A DNA stretch of 64,000 nt from Klebsormidium nitens (taxonomy: Eukaryota > Plantae > Klebsormidiophyceae). A model generated the notes under the pieces. It had not been told where the DNA came from, made no database searches, and saw only the letters and a list, made by a program, of their open reading frames with translations. Made by a program: the position numbers and the translations under genes. Below, piece by piece: positions 47,926-60,431 of this stretch. The stretch is from positions 111,095 through 175,094 of the forward strand of contig DF237091.1 of NCBI GenBank assembly GCA_000708835.1, read 5' to 3'. Within the stretch, counting starts at the first letter, position 1, and every line of letters begins with the position of its first letter.

Positions 47926-50900
47926 CTAGTTCTTCTTATTCCTCCGCTCTGCGAGCAACTTTCTAATCCGCAGCGTGTTCCCCAATCTCCGTGTGGCCGG
48001 TCCGGAGAGAACGATGGACGCGAGCACAGCCTCGCTCATCACCCGGGGCGATGACAAATCCTCAAACTCGTTGTCGTGCAGAAGACCGTTCGTTTCTTGG
48101 AGGCCCCGTTGCGACCGCTGTCGCTTCTCCTCTTCCCGCTGCTTCGACATGGCCGCCTTCCGCGCTTGCCGTGACAGCTCCCGCGCTTCCTGAGCAGCCT
48201 TTATCTTTACGAGCTGGGCCGCCCGTTGGGTCACTTCAAAAGCGATAAGCAGCCGCTTTATGCCCTCATAAGCGACCAGGAAGAGCGCGGAGGCAGGGAC
48301 CTGCAGACAGAGAAAAAGTAGCCCAATCAAAGTCCACGGCAGATGATGCGGATAAGAAGCCCTTCCCGGTTTGGTTACAAGAACCAAAGTGACCTCGTGC
48401 AAGTCGCGACTACTCCCAAGCGTAAAATTTCTGCGCATCAGAAAGGCAGCCTCGCAACGGCCTGCCAGCCCCGCAACGTTGACAGCGGTATCGTTGCAAT
48501 CAAAGTTAACTGACAGGGCCTGCCAGTTTCAGCAGGGGATAGGGCGCTCGACGTCGACATGCTCGATCGGTCGAGAACCCGCCCAGCAGCCGCTAATCAA
48601 GGCTGCCTCGAGAGACCAAATCATTGGCCGTAAGACAGCTGACAGCAAGATACTTTCGAGACTGCCCCAAACCTTTTGACGAGGCTCTTTCGAAATCTTG
48701 GATCGACACGAGTCGACTAACTCCGAAAAAACGGGTCCTTCTGAGTGCAGCGACATGTAAGGACTATATACGAAGAAGGAAGCAACCAACTCCATTTTGC
48801 CTTTGACCATCGTAACCTCTTTCTTAGGTGCGAATACAGCCCTACCTACCAGTACCAGGCCTGTTCTCCGCAACCCCCAGACTACAACGGATGCAAGCAG
48901 TTCCGATAATCACTTCACTACTCGGAGGATCTTTTTTGCATACATTCTCTCTTTAAACAGCACAAACACCCTCAGCACATCGTTACTCCGCACCCCAACC
49001 CACCTAACCCCCAAAACCAACCCCACCGGTCCTCGTCGAGTCCCTTAGTATCAGTGTACCTTGTTTCTTTGATGCTTTCGCTTTTTTGCAGATTCGCCTC
49101 ACCTTGAGCATCACCCTGGGCAGCATCCCATAGGTGAACGCCAGCGGGCCCTCGTGCTTCAGGATGCTGCGCACCGTCTGCCGCACCCCGATCTTGACGG
49201 CCCCCTGCGTCAGGTCTTGCGTCATGACACGTGTCTTGACGACGTCCATCGGATTCGTCACGACGCTCGCCACGAGGCCCGCGACCTGGAACAAAGAGGG
49301 GCGAGTCGCGTCTGATGTCTGCCCGATCAAGTATTGGCGAAGATCCAGAAGGATTACCGATGACGCGCATCCCGTTGTTTATTACGGAAGTGCGGTCTGA
49401 ATGATAACGGAATGTTGTCTCCAGAGTTTTGAACGACTGCCCAACACTAACTCAGTCCCTGTAGACCTTGCGATGCTGCTCTTCGTTCAGAGAAATCGTG
49501 AATCAGATTTTGGTGATCTCTCAACGACACTGCTGTTGCGGTTTGCGGTTTGCAGTTTGTCAGACCGGAATCTGTCCACAGTTTGAGGCAATGGAAAGAA
49601 AACGAAGCCACATTTGCACAACCTCCGAAAAGTAAGGTGACTGCAACGAGGTGTTTACTACAAGTGCTTTGGAAAAGAAAAAGGTTAAGCTCTTGTTGGC
49701 AGGATCGGCTACAGTCTCGTCACAACCTAAGCAACGAAAGCAGCCCCTATCCGCACAAAAACGGGAACGTATCTACATTGGCAAGCAATCTCCAGACTCG
49801 TTTCCGAGACGAGACACGCTCGAGAGAACTGGAATCTTAGGCTCACCGCGCCCATCCACAGGTTGGTCAGCACCTTCTTGGCCTCAGACGTGACCGGCCG
49901 CTTCGGCGCCCCCGCCTCCTGGGGCCTGTTCACACCGTACGCCTTCTTCAGGGTCTCGAACGTCATGAACTGGATGGCGGCATACGGGATGTCGCGCGCC
50001 AGCTGAAAACAGCAGAGAGTAAAGTCCTCAGGTGGAGTATAGGTGTCCCCGTTTTTCGTTTGCCAAGCTAGATTGCTTTTAATAAATCGTCTGTTTGACC
50101 CTTCAAGTCCTTTCTTTCGCCCTCACTGCCCATCCCTACGCGCTGTTCCGACTTCTTTCCTGATCTGCTTGATTGACCGTCAGCCAGCACTGCGCTTGTT
50201 CACGCCGGTGAAGTGTCATACGATGCCACAGTTTGTCAGCATTTCGGAAAAGCAGTTTTCTCTCAAGTACGATGAAGCTAGCGCGCAATCGTCCCACCTG
50301 AGAACGCTTCGATGTTGAAGGTCCAACACACTTTACCCTTTTGAAGAAAGGCGCAGTCAAACTTGAATTGGGTCAAAGTGGAGGCGTTATGCGCAAAGGC
50401 CGAGCGAACAGCATCGATTTCTGACACTGACCCTTGCTTGCTATACCCATAAAATCCAGAGTTCGTTTCGACCTTTAAACGTTCTTATTCACAACGCTGA
50501 AAAGTGACTATACGAAGGGCCCTAACTCTTTCCATATCCTCAGTCTTGAGAAGCAAAGGCTGATCTTGTTGATAGCTAACAACATGGATTGACGTCGTTG
50601 CCTGATTACTGAGCACCACAATATAGGCGAAGCGTACCTGGATACCGTAGCCGGTGTAAAAACCGCCGATGCCCTCGGTTCTGCTCATTTCCCGGATTGC
50701 AACGACCATATTTGGGTAAACCCGAGCCTGTACCCGCTGTTTGACGACCTGTGGGGAAAGCTTTTATAGATCAAGGCGCTGTGTTTCAGGATTATATGGA
50801 CCAGAGTTTGGTTGTTTGAATAACGTCTGGAACACCATCCTAGCCACGGCCGTATAAAAAGCCAGGTTGACTGCACAGAGATACACAAGCTTACTACGGG

Positions 50901-53640
50901 CAATGGATACTCGACCAAGTACCAAGTTTCGCACAACAAGGCCAAAATTCGGGTCTCCCTCTTCGAGGGCAGTTGTGGTTAGACACCATATAAAGTCTCG
51001 AGAAGGCAATACCCAAGGGTGGTAGCAGACGTTTAATTCATGGGCCACCATGTCATAATACATAATAAACTGCCTTGCCACGAAACCTGGCAGGCAGTTA
51101 CAACACATGCGCCAATCGATCATTACAAGGCTTGCACAGAGAGATGCTCTGAAACAATGTGGCATGACTGAATGTCCACCATTTAGAGTCTGGCCAGAAA
51201 GATGCCTTCAATGTTTGACAGGTCCTACTGCGAACCCACCCCTCGAAGATCGTCTTCCGACAGCAAGGACGCGCTTCTCAAGAATCTGAAACAAGCACTT
51301 CCGAAACACAGTCCGGGGCACACGCTCTCCACTACCTGATTCATACCTCGCCTTGCAACGACGCTGGCTCAGAAACTTCTACATATAGAAGGAGACCACA
51401 CCGCCCTCACCTCTGGAGGCACTCTCACTACGCTCGCTACCACGTTTCCAACAGCTGCCCCCACGATCGGCCCCACTTGGCCCAGCGTCTTGGGGAACTT
51501 TGCCTCCGTCCACTTCTTGACCGCTTCATACGTGGCGAAAAAGATGGCAGACGAAGGAGCCGACGTGCCTATGCTGGCTCCAAACCCTCGGTACAGCCCC
51601 ATCACTCCTTGAGTCTTGACTACACCCACGGCGCAGTCCGTGAAGGTTTTGTAGCTGTTTGTGGAAGACTGCAGTGGAACAAAAGGATGAGCATAAGATT
51701 GTGGACGCACCTATTTTAGCTCGGAATTGCCATGTTTTTAAGACAGTCTTAACAAACTTTTGCTGGGGTAAGAGAGCCATCAGAGGGTCAGAAAGGGACT
51801 CCTAGGTTGGCTAATTGGGGTAGTGCACGCTTCACAATGGCTCTGAGTCTCACGATATCGAGTATCTTTCTACAGCTGTGGTGGCAGAATAGAATGAACA
51901 TTCTTGACAGCCTGAATTGGATTCCCTCAGACTTCTGACCCCAAAGGTCGCTTCCGAGCAGGTTCGCTGGTCTTCTGCCTTTTGTCTGTGATACAAATTC
52001 ACCTATTTGTCGGCCACTACAAGACCAATACATTGCTCAAAGCAGCTGTGCTCAAGGACAAGTACACCACTTCGAACACTCTGTCAGTTGGAAAGAAAAT
52101 TCAGCACCAGCATATAATGCAAAAGAAGAGAGCCATTGCGAATCCACCTTGCATACCTGGAGAATGGTTTTGGTCGTGTCAAAAGGTTGCAGGACAAGCT
52201 TGGAGAGGAAAGACGCAGACGCTCCCGCAATGAAGTTCTCCTTCATGGTTGAGCTGCGCTGCTTCTTGTCTTGTTGGGAGCCTGTTTTGTCTTCAACCAC
52301 CCCTGAAATCACCACGAGAAGCTTGTTATGTGTCACGAAGGAATTGACGGCTTGAGTGTGAAGAACCTACTGCTTACATCTTCTCGCAGCTTGCATTGCA
52401 AAGTAGTCTCTTGAGAAAGGAGTGACGCAATCGCAACAAGATTTGTAAATCATAGAAATGCACTCATGTGCACAGTACACAAAGTTGTCCAACAAGCCCT
52501 ATTTCAAACTAGAAGGAGCTGGCCAGGATTGCAGGATGGGACTTGTGCACTTTTGCATAGTTATATCTTGCTTTGGAATGCAAGCGACTTCTGCTTTCAG
52601 CTTCCATCGAGATTTTTAAGGACTGTAGTATTCTCTTGACATGAGAATGTTTGAACTTACAGGAATCAGAGGGGGGAACTCCTACGCTTCAGTGGATAAG
52701 AAACGCACCTGAGCTTGTCGACTCCACGTTTGCAACAAGCACAACCGCCGCATTCTGCCTGCTTTTTTTTCTCACAGGGCGTACTTTCTTCGCTCGCTGA
52801 GAGAATTGACCAGGGAGTTGTTGAAGGTCAGATAGCCTGTCCTTCAGAAAATTTATTGAGCTTTCTATCCGGCTAACACCTGCAGAGAAACGACCCGGGT
52901 AAGGATGATGCTTAGCACTTGACTCGGAAAATGTATGATTGGATAGTCATCATGATGCTTTTAAGCAAGGACTCTAGATCGGTCTCAGTGGTCATGACAC
53001 AGCACGCATCGCAACTCTCCAGGAGTCAACATTAATTCTGACGTCTTAGGCCCCACAATGTCTTCAATTGATAGTCCAAAACGAAAAGAGCCCTCAATCT
53101 AGATCAAAACATGAGATTCACAGCAATTGCCAACTGTACACGACAGAACAATTACAGAAGCGAAAAACAAGTGGTTTCAGAGGGACAGTTTAGCTAGTAC
53201 TCTCCTAAGAGCTTACGATTCTCAACCAACAAAAGTATCAAAAAGAAACCAGCAGATATTTGCTTCCTAGGAACACCTTTCCTTTACTAGGACAACAGCA
53301 ACCTCTGCCCCTAGGTGGAAAAAAGTATGGTCCAGATTCCAGACGTACTGTTTTCTGTGATTCCTCTAGTGAGAGTGTCCTGCCAATCGTACTTACCTGG
53401 ATTGGCGTCAGCCTCGTCTGTTGGCATTGCCGCCAAACAATGTCCATCACCATCCTCTCTCAGGAATGCTTCTGCAGACTGGTCGTCCCAGACTTCTGAG
53501 AACCTCTTTGAAGTCGCCTGGTTGGATATTTCCACATTCAGCTTCCCTAAGGGGGTAAGGCCTGTGTAACCATACTGCAAAAGGCCTACGTCATCAAAAG
53601 CCCGCAACACATCACTTCTGTGTGCACGTTCCTTCTTCAT
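47926..53640 (-). CDS. Mitochondrial carrier family (SLC25) protein, SAMC/SLC25A26-like, with long N- and C-terminal extensions
   Basis: Exons 53640-53397, 52879-52709, 52302-52157, 51668-51411, 50748-50638, 50002-49847, 49285-49103, 48300-47926. Three PxD/ExxKxR signatures: PFDTTKTIL, PPEVVKQRV, PMDVVKTRV. Also GLYRGF, ARDIPYAAIQF. Start codon uncertain. Confidence 0.88.
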
Positions 53641-53898
53641 TGTCAATGTACTACCAGCTAAGATGGACTGGACTGATTAATCAACGTTTCCAACGATGTA
53701 CGCTTTGCGATTTCTGCGCTTCGGCGCAGATTGGACGACCTTTCAATCTTTTTACAAACTGCATGCATGGGGAGGGGCAACACTCTTAATCTGGGGAGCA
53801 GCTCAAATCGCAGAACCAGCAAAATCAGCTGTGCTGTAAGCAGAGCGATCGAGGGGCAAAAAGCAATGCTGCCGATGCCGAATAATTCCTTCTGAGGA

Positions 53899-56800
53899 AT
53901 GACTGAATTGGACGGAAATCTGCTGCGGAATCAACTCCACTCGATCAACACTTTCCTTCTCGAATCCGATGTTAGCCCTTCACCAGCGTTCACTGCCGAA
54001 CGGAGCCCTGCAGAAGCGCTTTCTTGTCCGCCATGGCGCAGCGGTACGTCCCCCCATTTGCCTGATCTGGGTAAGTTCGCTGCTCCGAACCTTTTGTGGT
54101 GTTTTATGCCGATCTGGCAAAAAGCTTTACAAATTCTGTCGTCTGAGATCCGTTCTATCTAGCCTTATTCGAGCTATGAAACTTTCGACGGACTCGGAGA
54201 CGTACCGCGAGAGGTTTCGGGTCGCCCAGATTCCTTCATGGTAGGGGGGAATTTGGAGAAGAATCTTCCGCACGAAGAAAGTTGCCACGTGTCGGGAATC
54301 TGGTCGATCAGGCGGCCGCGGATTGCATCCGCGGCCGCCGGCACGGTCGCGCGGGCTTTTTGCATGGCGCCAAATGACATCAGCATTTGGATCTAGCATG
54401 GGCAGAGAACTGGCACTGCAGCAAATATGGCCTGAGCAAGCCGGCAGCATTGCATGTGCGCCTTTCCGAGCGCCACGTAATCTGCTCTGTACATGAAAAT
54501 TTCTCTGTGTTCTTCACATAGCGACGTTCAGCGATGGTTCAGGGCATGAGTGGTCACAGGAAGGACGTATCTTTTAACTGCAGCTTCAGGCGATCTCAAT
54601 CTGCCTGAGAAAAGCATCTTTGCGACGCTGGCGGCGTCTGAGATGCTCGTGCCGCGGCTGGCCCTTGCACTATGTGAAGCAACTCAGATCACCGGGGTCC
54701 GTTTTTCAATCATCCATGAATCCTGGTTTCGAGCGCTGTTCGGACCCGGCACAATTTGGCCAGACGTTTTGGATGCATGTCAGGCGCAGATCTTCGGTCC
54801 CAGGAGCTCTCACTCGCCCCATCATCGCAGCACTCATGTGCAACACACGGCTTCCAAGCTGACACCACTCCTTCCCTTTCCCATCTTTATGCACACCACC
54901 CTCTTAGAAGAGTCCTCATACCCTTCGTGGTTCGATTGGAAAGTGCCATATCGGACCTTCGGCTGTCCCATTAGAGCGTACTCCTCGCTTGCCCAGGCCA
55001 ATGCACGCAGCGGCGATGCACAGCGCACTGAAAATAGGAAGCCCAGCCTTTATGAAGAGCGGACGAGGCAGAAGTGGGGGTCGCCGATGGAACAAAGGCG
55101 GGGGCTCTTGCTGGGGACTCTACTCAAAAGCCTTCCGGTCGATGCTGACTTGCGGGTTGGTGGTGCTTTCTCGAACTTGTGTCAGGTTTCACTATGCAGA
55201 CCTTCTGAAAACGTTTGAGCTGGCGGCAGACCTCTGCAGGTCACTGCACTTGATTGCCTTGTTTTCAAAGTGCATCAAGCAGTATTTCAGAGGAAGGGTC
55301 GTAAACATTATTCAAAGCAGTGTGTGAAATTCTGTGCATCAGGCCCAATCTTCCCCACGTTATAGTTGTTATTATGTCGTTTCTTGAGTCCTGAACTGGT
55401 CTCTGACCCTTTGAAACACTGGACGAGGGCCCAATCAAAGAGCGTTTGGGTAATCGGCTTCCTTACAGGGGAGCGCCAATCCTCGTCTTGAGTACCCACT
55501 GCCTTTTCGAAAGTTAAATGACAATTCTAGGGCACCTTTCCGACCTGTCTGTGGTGTGAATTCGACACCCCTTTCGGCACACTGAAAGTGTCTGGAAGCA
55601 CACTGTAACAGCTGTCTTTTTGTCCAGCAATGACGGCCACACATTCTCGCCTGCATCTTTCGCCGATCTGCTGTATTACTGTCCTGTAACCATCCTGCTA
55701 AGTGGCTTGAAGCTGTCATGTTGACTTTTTCTCGGGCCCCCTATTTTCCTTTGGCCGCTCCCTCAATCTGTGCCCTCTCAACCACCGAGCAGGGGCCATC
55801 GATGCTTTCCTGTTCCTGGTTTGGTTCTATACCGCATGTCTACTATAATTGTGTCCTTGATTACTGGTTGATTTATCCCGCAGGCCGAGCTCTTGAAAGA
55901 GGGCCAAACCCGAGACGACTTCTCTCCCGTCGAGATCCGCCTTGCCCTTCGGACGCTCTGCCTAGACGATCTTGGACGCAAAACGGTTCCCGACTGGGAG
56001 CGCGCGCTCCAGCTTGCAACCTGGTATCTCGAACCCCTTTGGAAAGTCTCCCCGTTCGACCACACCGTCTTAAACGAACTCTGGAAGATCCTGGGAGAGG
56101 CGAGGAGGGCGGACCGGATCATGGCGTTGTATGAGGAGGGCAAGCGGCAGCGGGGCGTGTCGTTTGGGAAGCAAGTTGTCGAGAGGGTCGTGAAGTCGCT
56201 GTTTGTGGCGGGGTATTACCAGGAGGTGGTTGACGTCATGGACGAGGCGCAAGAGAACGGGTGGGAGGTGGAGCTGTTTGATGAGTTCATCCAGTCTCAG
56301 GTAAGGGGCGCGATCTTTTACGTACTGCTTGATTTACTGGTGTTCTGACTTTTATAGCGCTTTCGAGCATCTGCCGGTCTCTTAAGATTTGGGGAAGCCC
56401 TGAGGACGACTCAAGCTAGTCAAGATTGAGACAACATAGCAACAACTATTCTCGAGGTCATCTAGTCCCTGGTGAGGTGCGCAGTTCAGAATTTGATTTC
56501 CTTCCCCAGTCGTGCAACGACACAAAGTGCGCAAGAGGAGGGAGCGGGATCTTGCGGAGGGGCGGGCAAGCTTCCCACTTCTGTGAAAAATGGAGTAGAC
56601 GGTGACTCGTTTTTTGTTCGAGAAAAGCTTTTTACTAAGGTCCATGTGCGGTGTAGGGTTGGCTGGACGGGACACGGCCGCTTCATGCAAGTTGCTTTGA
56701 CCGACTCATCGATATTCATTTATTCGTGGCTTCGGTTCCAATTTTTGGTTTCTAGCTGGACGACAGCTGGCTATACTGAGGTGCCGTTGGCCCATCAGCT

Positions 56801-58982
56801 GTCAACAAAGTCATCAAACTTTTTTGTCGTCAGTCGATCTGGACCAACTTTTTCGCAGGATTAGACGCTGAGGATTTAAACAAAACCTTCCGCAAAATCA
56901 GAGCTAAGGATACAAAGAAAACCTGTCGAGAAGTAGTCTGCGTACGTAAGGCATACTGAGTAGGCCAAGTGAATGCACGTTATCTTCAGGACAGCCCCAT
57001 GATTTGACGTTCTTTGTTACAACGTTCTCATCAACGACGAAAACAACGACTTTCGAGATTTGTTTTGTGTTCAATTCTGCACAACGGACAAAGCCCAGAA
57101 TATCTCGGAGGCAGTGGCACTGAGGTTTAATTCAACTTGAGATTTTCGAAAGCTCATCTGCGGGCCTCCCTCTTGATCAGTGAAAATGCCTCTCAACCAA
57201 TAAGAGGGTTTCGACAACAGGTGGAATAGAAGCAAGAGATTTGTACGCTTGTTGGCTGGTCGCTTGAGGCCGAAGATAATCCTCCGCCTCAGGCCGGACA
57301 AAGGCCGTCATGTTTCATTGATGCTGGCAGACCTCGATACTGTTGACTTGCAATCCTCCGTGGCAGGCAACAGCGAGAGCTTAAAGAAGTGCTGACGTCC
57401 TTCTTGATTCAGAGTTTAGCCAATTGCCTTCTCGCCACTGACCTCTGCAGATCAAGCTGTGCACGGTGACGAAAGCACGAGGTTATACACGACGTGGGCC
57501 TTATACGAATATTCTGGAATGACAATCTCAAAGCAGCCGAATATCGTTGACAACGCTCGCATTATAAGATACTTGGAGCTTCGATGAGCTTCAAGACAAG
57601 CACGTCATACATAAAAACAAGTCGTCCCATTACCTTGCGACACGTGCTCATTCTCCGCTTATCTACGACTCCAGTCATCGCTTTACGTGGCAGGTAAATT
57701 TGGGTATGGTCGACGAAGCGCTGATGTCATTCGGCACCGCCACTGCACGCAAGCACGGCACGCCGGTCCTGACGCAGACCTACGCCGCACTTCTCGGCGC
57801 GGGGGTTCCGAGCGACCGGCTCCGTTCCGGCCGGAACGACTGCGACCTCGCGCGCGCGCTCGGACAGCTGGGCCGGAAACGGGAGGCCGTGCAGATCTTA
57901 CGGGACACCGTATACGCTATGCGACGGGGGCAGTTCTTTCCGGTGCACCTCTGGCTGGACGCTATCGTCACGGCGATCGAGATGGGGTGCGTAGAGGAAG
58001 CGGAAGACTTCCGGGACCGGGGGCAACGGAATGCGGGGTTCTTCCTCGCGCCCGTGCTGAGCTCCTACGTTAAGCACCGGCACGTGCTGATGTCACACCG
58101 GGCGTTGCTGACTGTGCTCAAGTTGGAGCCGGGGTTGAACGTGAAGGGCATAGGGCCGGCGCTGATCAGCCTGCTGTGCCTGGCGCAGCACGCGGACGAA
58201 GCGGTAGAGGTGCGCGAGCATTCTCTCACGTTTGGGTCCGTTCCACCATTCGTCTCCCCTTTCGATGCGTGTTTCGTAGCGCAGCTTCGTGGAGGAATAT
58301 CGTTCTCTAGAATATTTGGGTCTGTATTACCATCTTCGTTTGTGTATCTCCCATTTTTTCGCGCGTTTTCGTCTTCACATCTGTTCTCCATTGCCTTCCG
58401 AGGCCCTAATCCTTTTCATGATTGATGGTTTGTATGCTGTGACAGACGTTCAGCAAATTGGCGTTTTAGTCACCTCTTGTAAAGTCGTGTACTTCGTTGG
58501 GTCGCAGAGCTCTACGTGGAAACCTGCGGGCTTACGGGTTGACAGCCCGCTACTCTCAGCCTCCTATGGTTTGAAACCTCTCTGAAAGAAACTTAAACTC
58601 GCTCTGCATGCAGATTTTAGACGCGTTGCTCAAGCAGGGCTGCGTCCCGTTCCCCAAGACCTTCGGTAAAATAATATTTTGCCTTCTCGACGAGGGCCGG
58701 CTGCCTGAGGCGGAGGCCGTGCTCGCGAGCTTCTACCAACACGTCGAAGCGCAGCCCGACCCGCAGCTGAGTACCCGCGTCTTCGACGCGTTCGTTCGTC
58801 GATACCTAAGGGTTAAACAACCCGAGCGGGTTTTGGAACTGGTTAGGCAGGCGCGCGCGCATAAGCAGCTGATCCCGCTGAAAGCGCTGTACGAGTGGGT
58901 GCAGCATCTAGAGCGGCACAGTCGGGTGAATGCCGCGGCGTTGCGGAAGTATGTACAGGAGGCGACGAGTCGGAAGCAATAG
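53899..58982 (+). CDS. Helical-repeat (degenerate PPR-like) protein
   Basis: Phase-consistent exons 53899-54070, 54584-55185, 55884-56300, 57694-58209, 58614-58982. PPR-like helix pairs such as VVKSLFVAGYYQEVVDVMDE, VNLGMVDEAL, PFPKTFGKIIFCLLDEGRLPEAEAV, VFDAFVRRYLRVKQPERVLELV. The first two exons are less certain. Confidence 0.72.
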
Positions 58983-59914
58983 GTTAAAGGGCAACGTGGA
59001 CAAGATCAAAACGCGAATTTACAACGAAGCCTTGGGGCATTCTTGGAACTTGTTGGAATTCTAGGTTTAAGCCGTAGGTGTCAGTTGCTAGCTGGCAGAC
59101 AATCAAAGGGTGACAGGTTGATTACATGAAATTGACATTCGTGGCTGCATTAGCCACAGCGGACAAGTCCCACAGCATCAGCTCAGTACTTAGACAGCAA
59201 CGTTGGCCCTCATGCTCACAACGTATGGCGAGCCGATCAGTTTGCACAGGTGACATCTGTTGCACCACGGCTAGGTTCACCCACAACCTGAATAGTTAGC
59301 GGGACGACCCGTATATCAGAGTGCATACATATGCACGAGCTAGGGCGACTGCATGCATAACGTCTAGTGGCCGCCTCATGTGCGCGGCCTGCGTTTGCAC
59401 CGTGTGTGATCAGTAATACAGAGTGCCCCGGTTTGCCAGCGCGGCGCCACTCTGCAATTTTGCAGATCGTTCCAACTGCGACCATGCGCAGTACGTAGCG
59501 TAAGTTCAAGGTCGCGCACTTGACAATAAGTGAGATTAGGTGATTACGTACCGATCTATGTACGTACGTGCATGACAAATAAGAAGCTAGATCCAGCTTT
59601 ACCTTAACTCACATGACCTCATGTGTGGTTGGAGTCCAACCATGATCATTTGATCCAAGCTGTACCTGTTTTAATTGGCATGTCATGCAGTGTGTCGCGC
59701 CGCGCCAACGTACAACTATGTGGCCGAACAGCTTGCATGGCATCTGGCCCCGCATTTTACCTCAGTCATGCTGGCAAGATATCAATAAAAAATAACAAAT
59801 TATGATAATATTACAATGCATGTCCGACCGTCACTTCATGCGGATTAATACATGGCCGCATGCGCTTCGCTCGATTGCTGGCACACGTTGTACAGCATTC
59901 ATATAGGAGCCACG

Positions 59915-60431
59915 TGTCGCACCTACATATCTCCTAGCTGATTCGTCTCGATATGCCACCGCATACTTTACTCACAGCGCATCATGGGCATGCCAGCCGC
60001 ACTACCCATGTGAATGAATTGCGCCACGTTCCACGCATCACAGAAGGGCCATGAATGTAACCGGAGTGCACATCATCTTCAGCTTCACCAATGCACCATC
60101 ACATGAGACTTTCTCCAGGCCAACTTAGAACTCTCAAGGGTCTCCACTGAACCGCCCTTAACAAGCCCATGTATGAACAGAAGAAAGAATGAAGCTTGAG
60201 GCTTCATTCTTCCCCTATGTCATGTCCTAACCCTATTTGGTGTTGCTGCACTTATTTTCTAATTAGTGTCCTCTGTCTAGTTAAATACCTTAACTAAACC
60301 GGACACTAACCGAACCCGACACAAACCAGCCTGACAGCTGTCGCACCTACATATCTCTAGCTGATTCGTCTCGATATGCCACCGCATACTTTACTCACAG
60401 CGCATCATGGGCATGCCAGCCGCACTACCCA
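59915..60431 (-). repeat. Putative 3' LTR region: two 93/94-bp direct repeats (59915-60008, 60339-60431), each TG...CA on the element strand
   Basis: Near-identical copies with a 1-nt indel. A polypurine tract AGGAGGGGA (60440-60432, minus strand) immediately precedes the TG at 60431. Confidence 0.7.

Noticed and set aside
36565-53640. SAM carrier near a SAM-dependent methyltransferase as a functional cluster
   Set aside because: The carrier is probably organellar and the methyltransferase nuclear, substrate specificity is unproven, and proximity alone is weak evidence in a eukaryote.
59100-59900. CATG/TGCA-rich tracts (also ~18530-19000, ~30000-30600, ~40500-41000, ~47000-47800) as transposon relics
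   Set aside because: The composition is suggestive of deaminated methylated repeats, but I could not define termini, TSDs or coding remnants.
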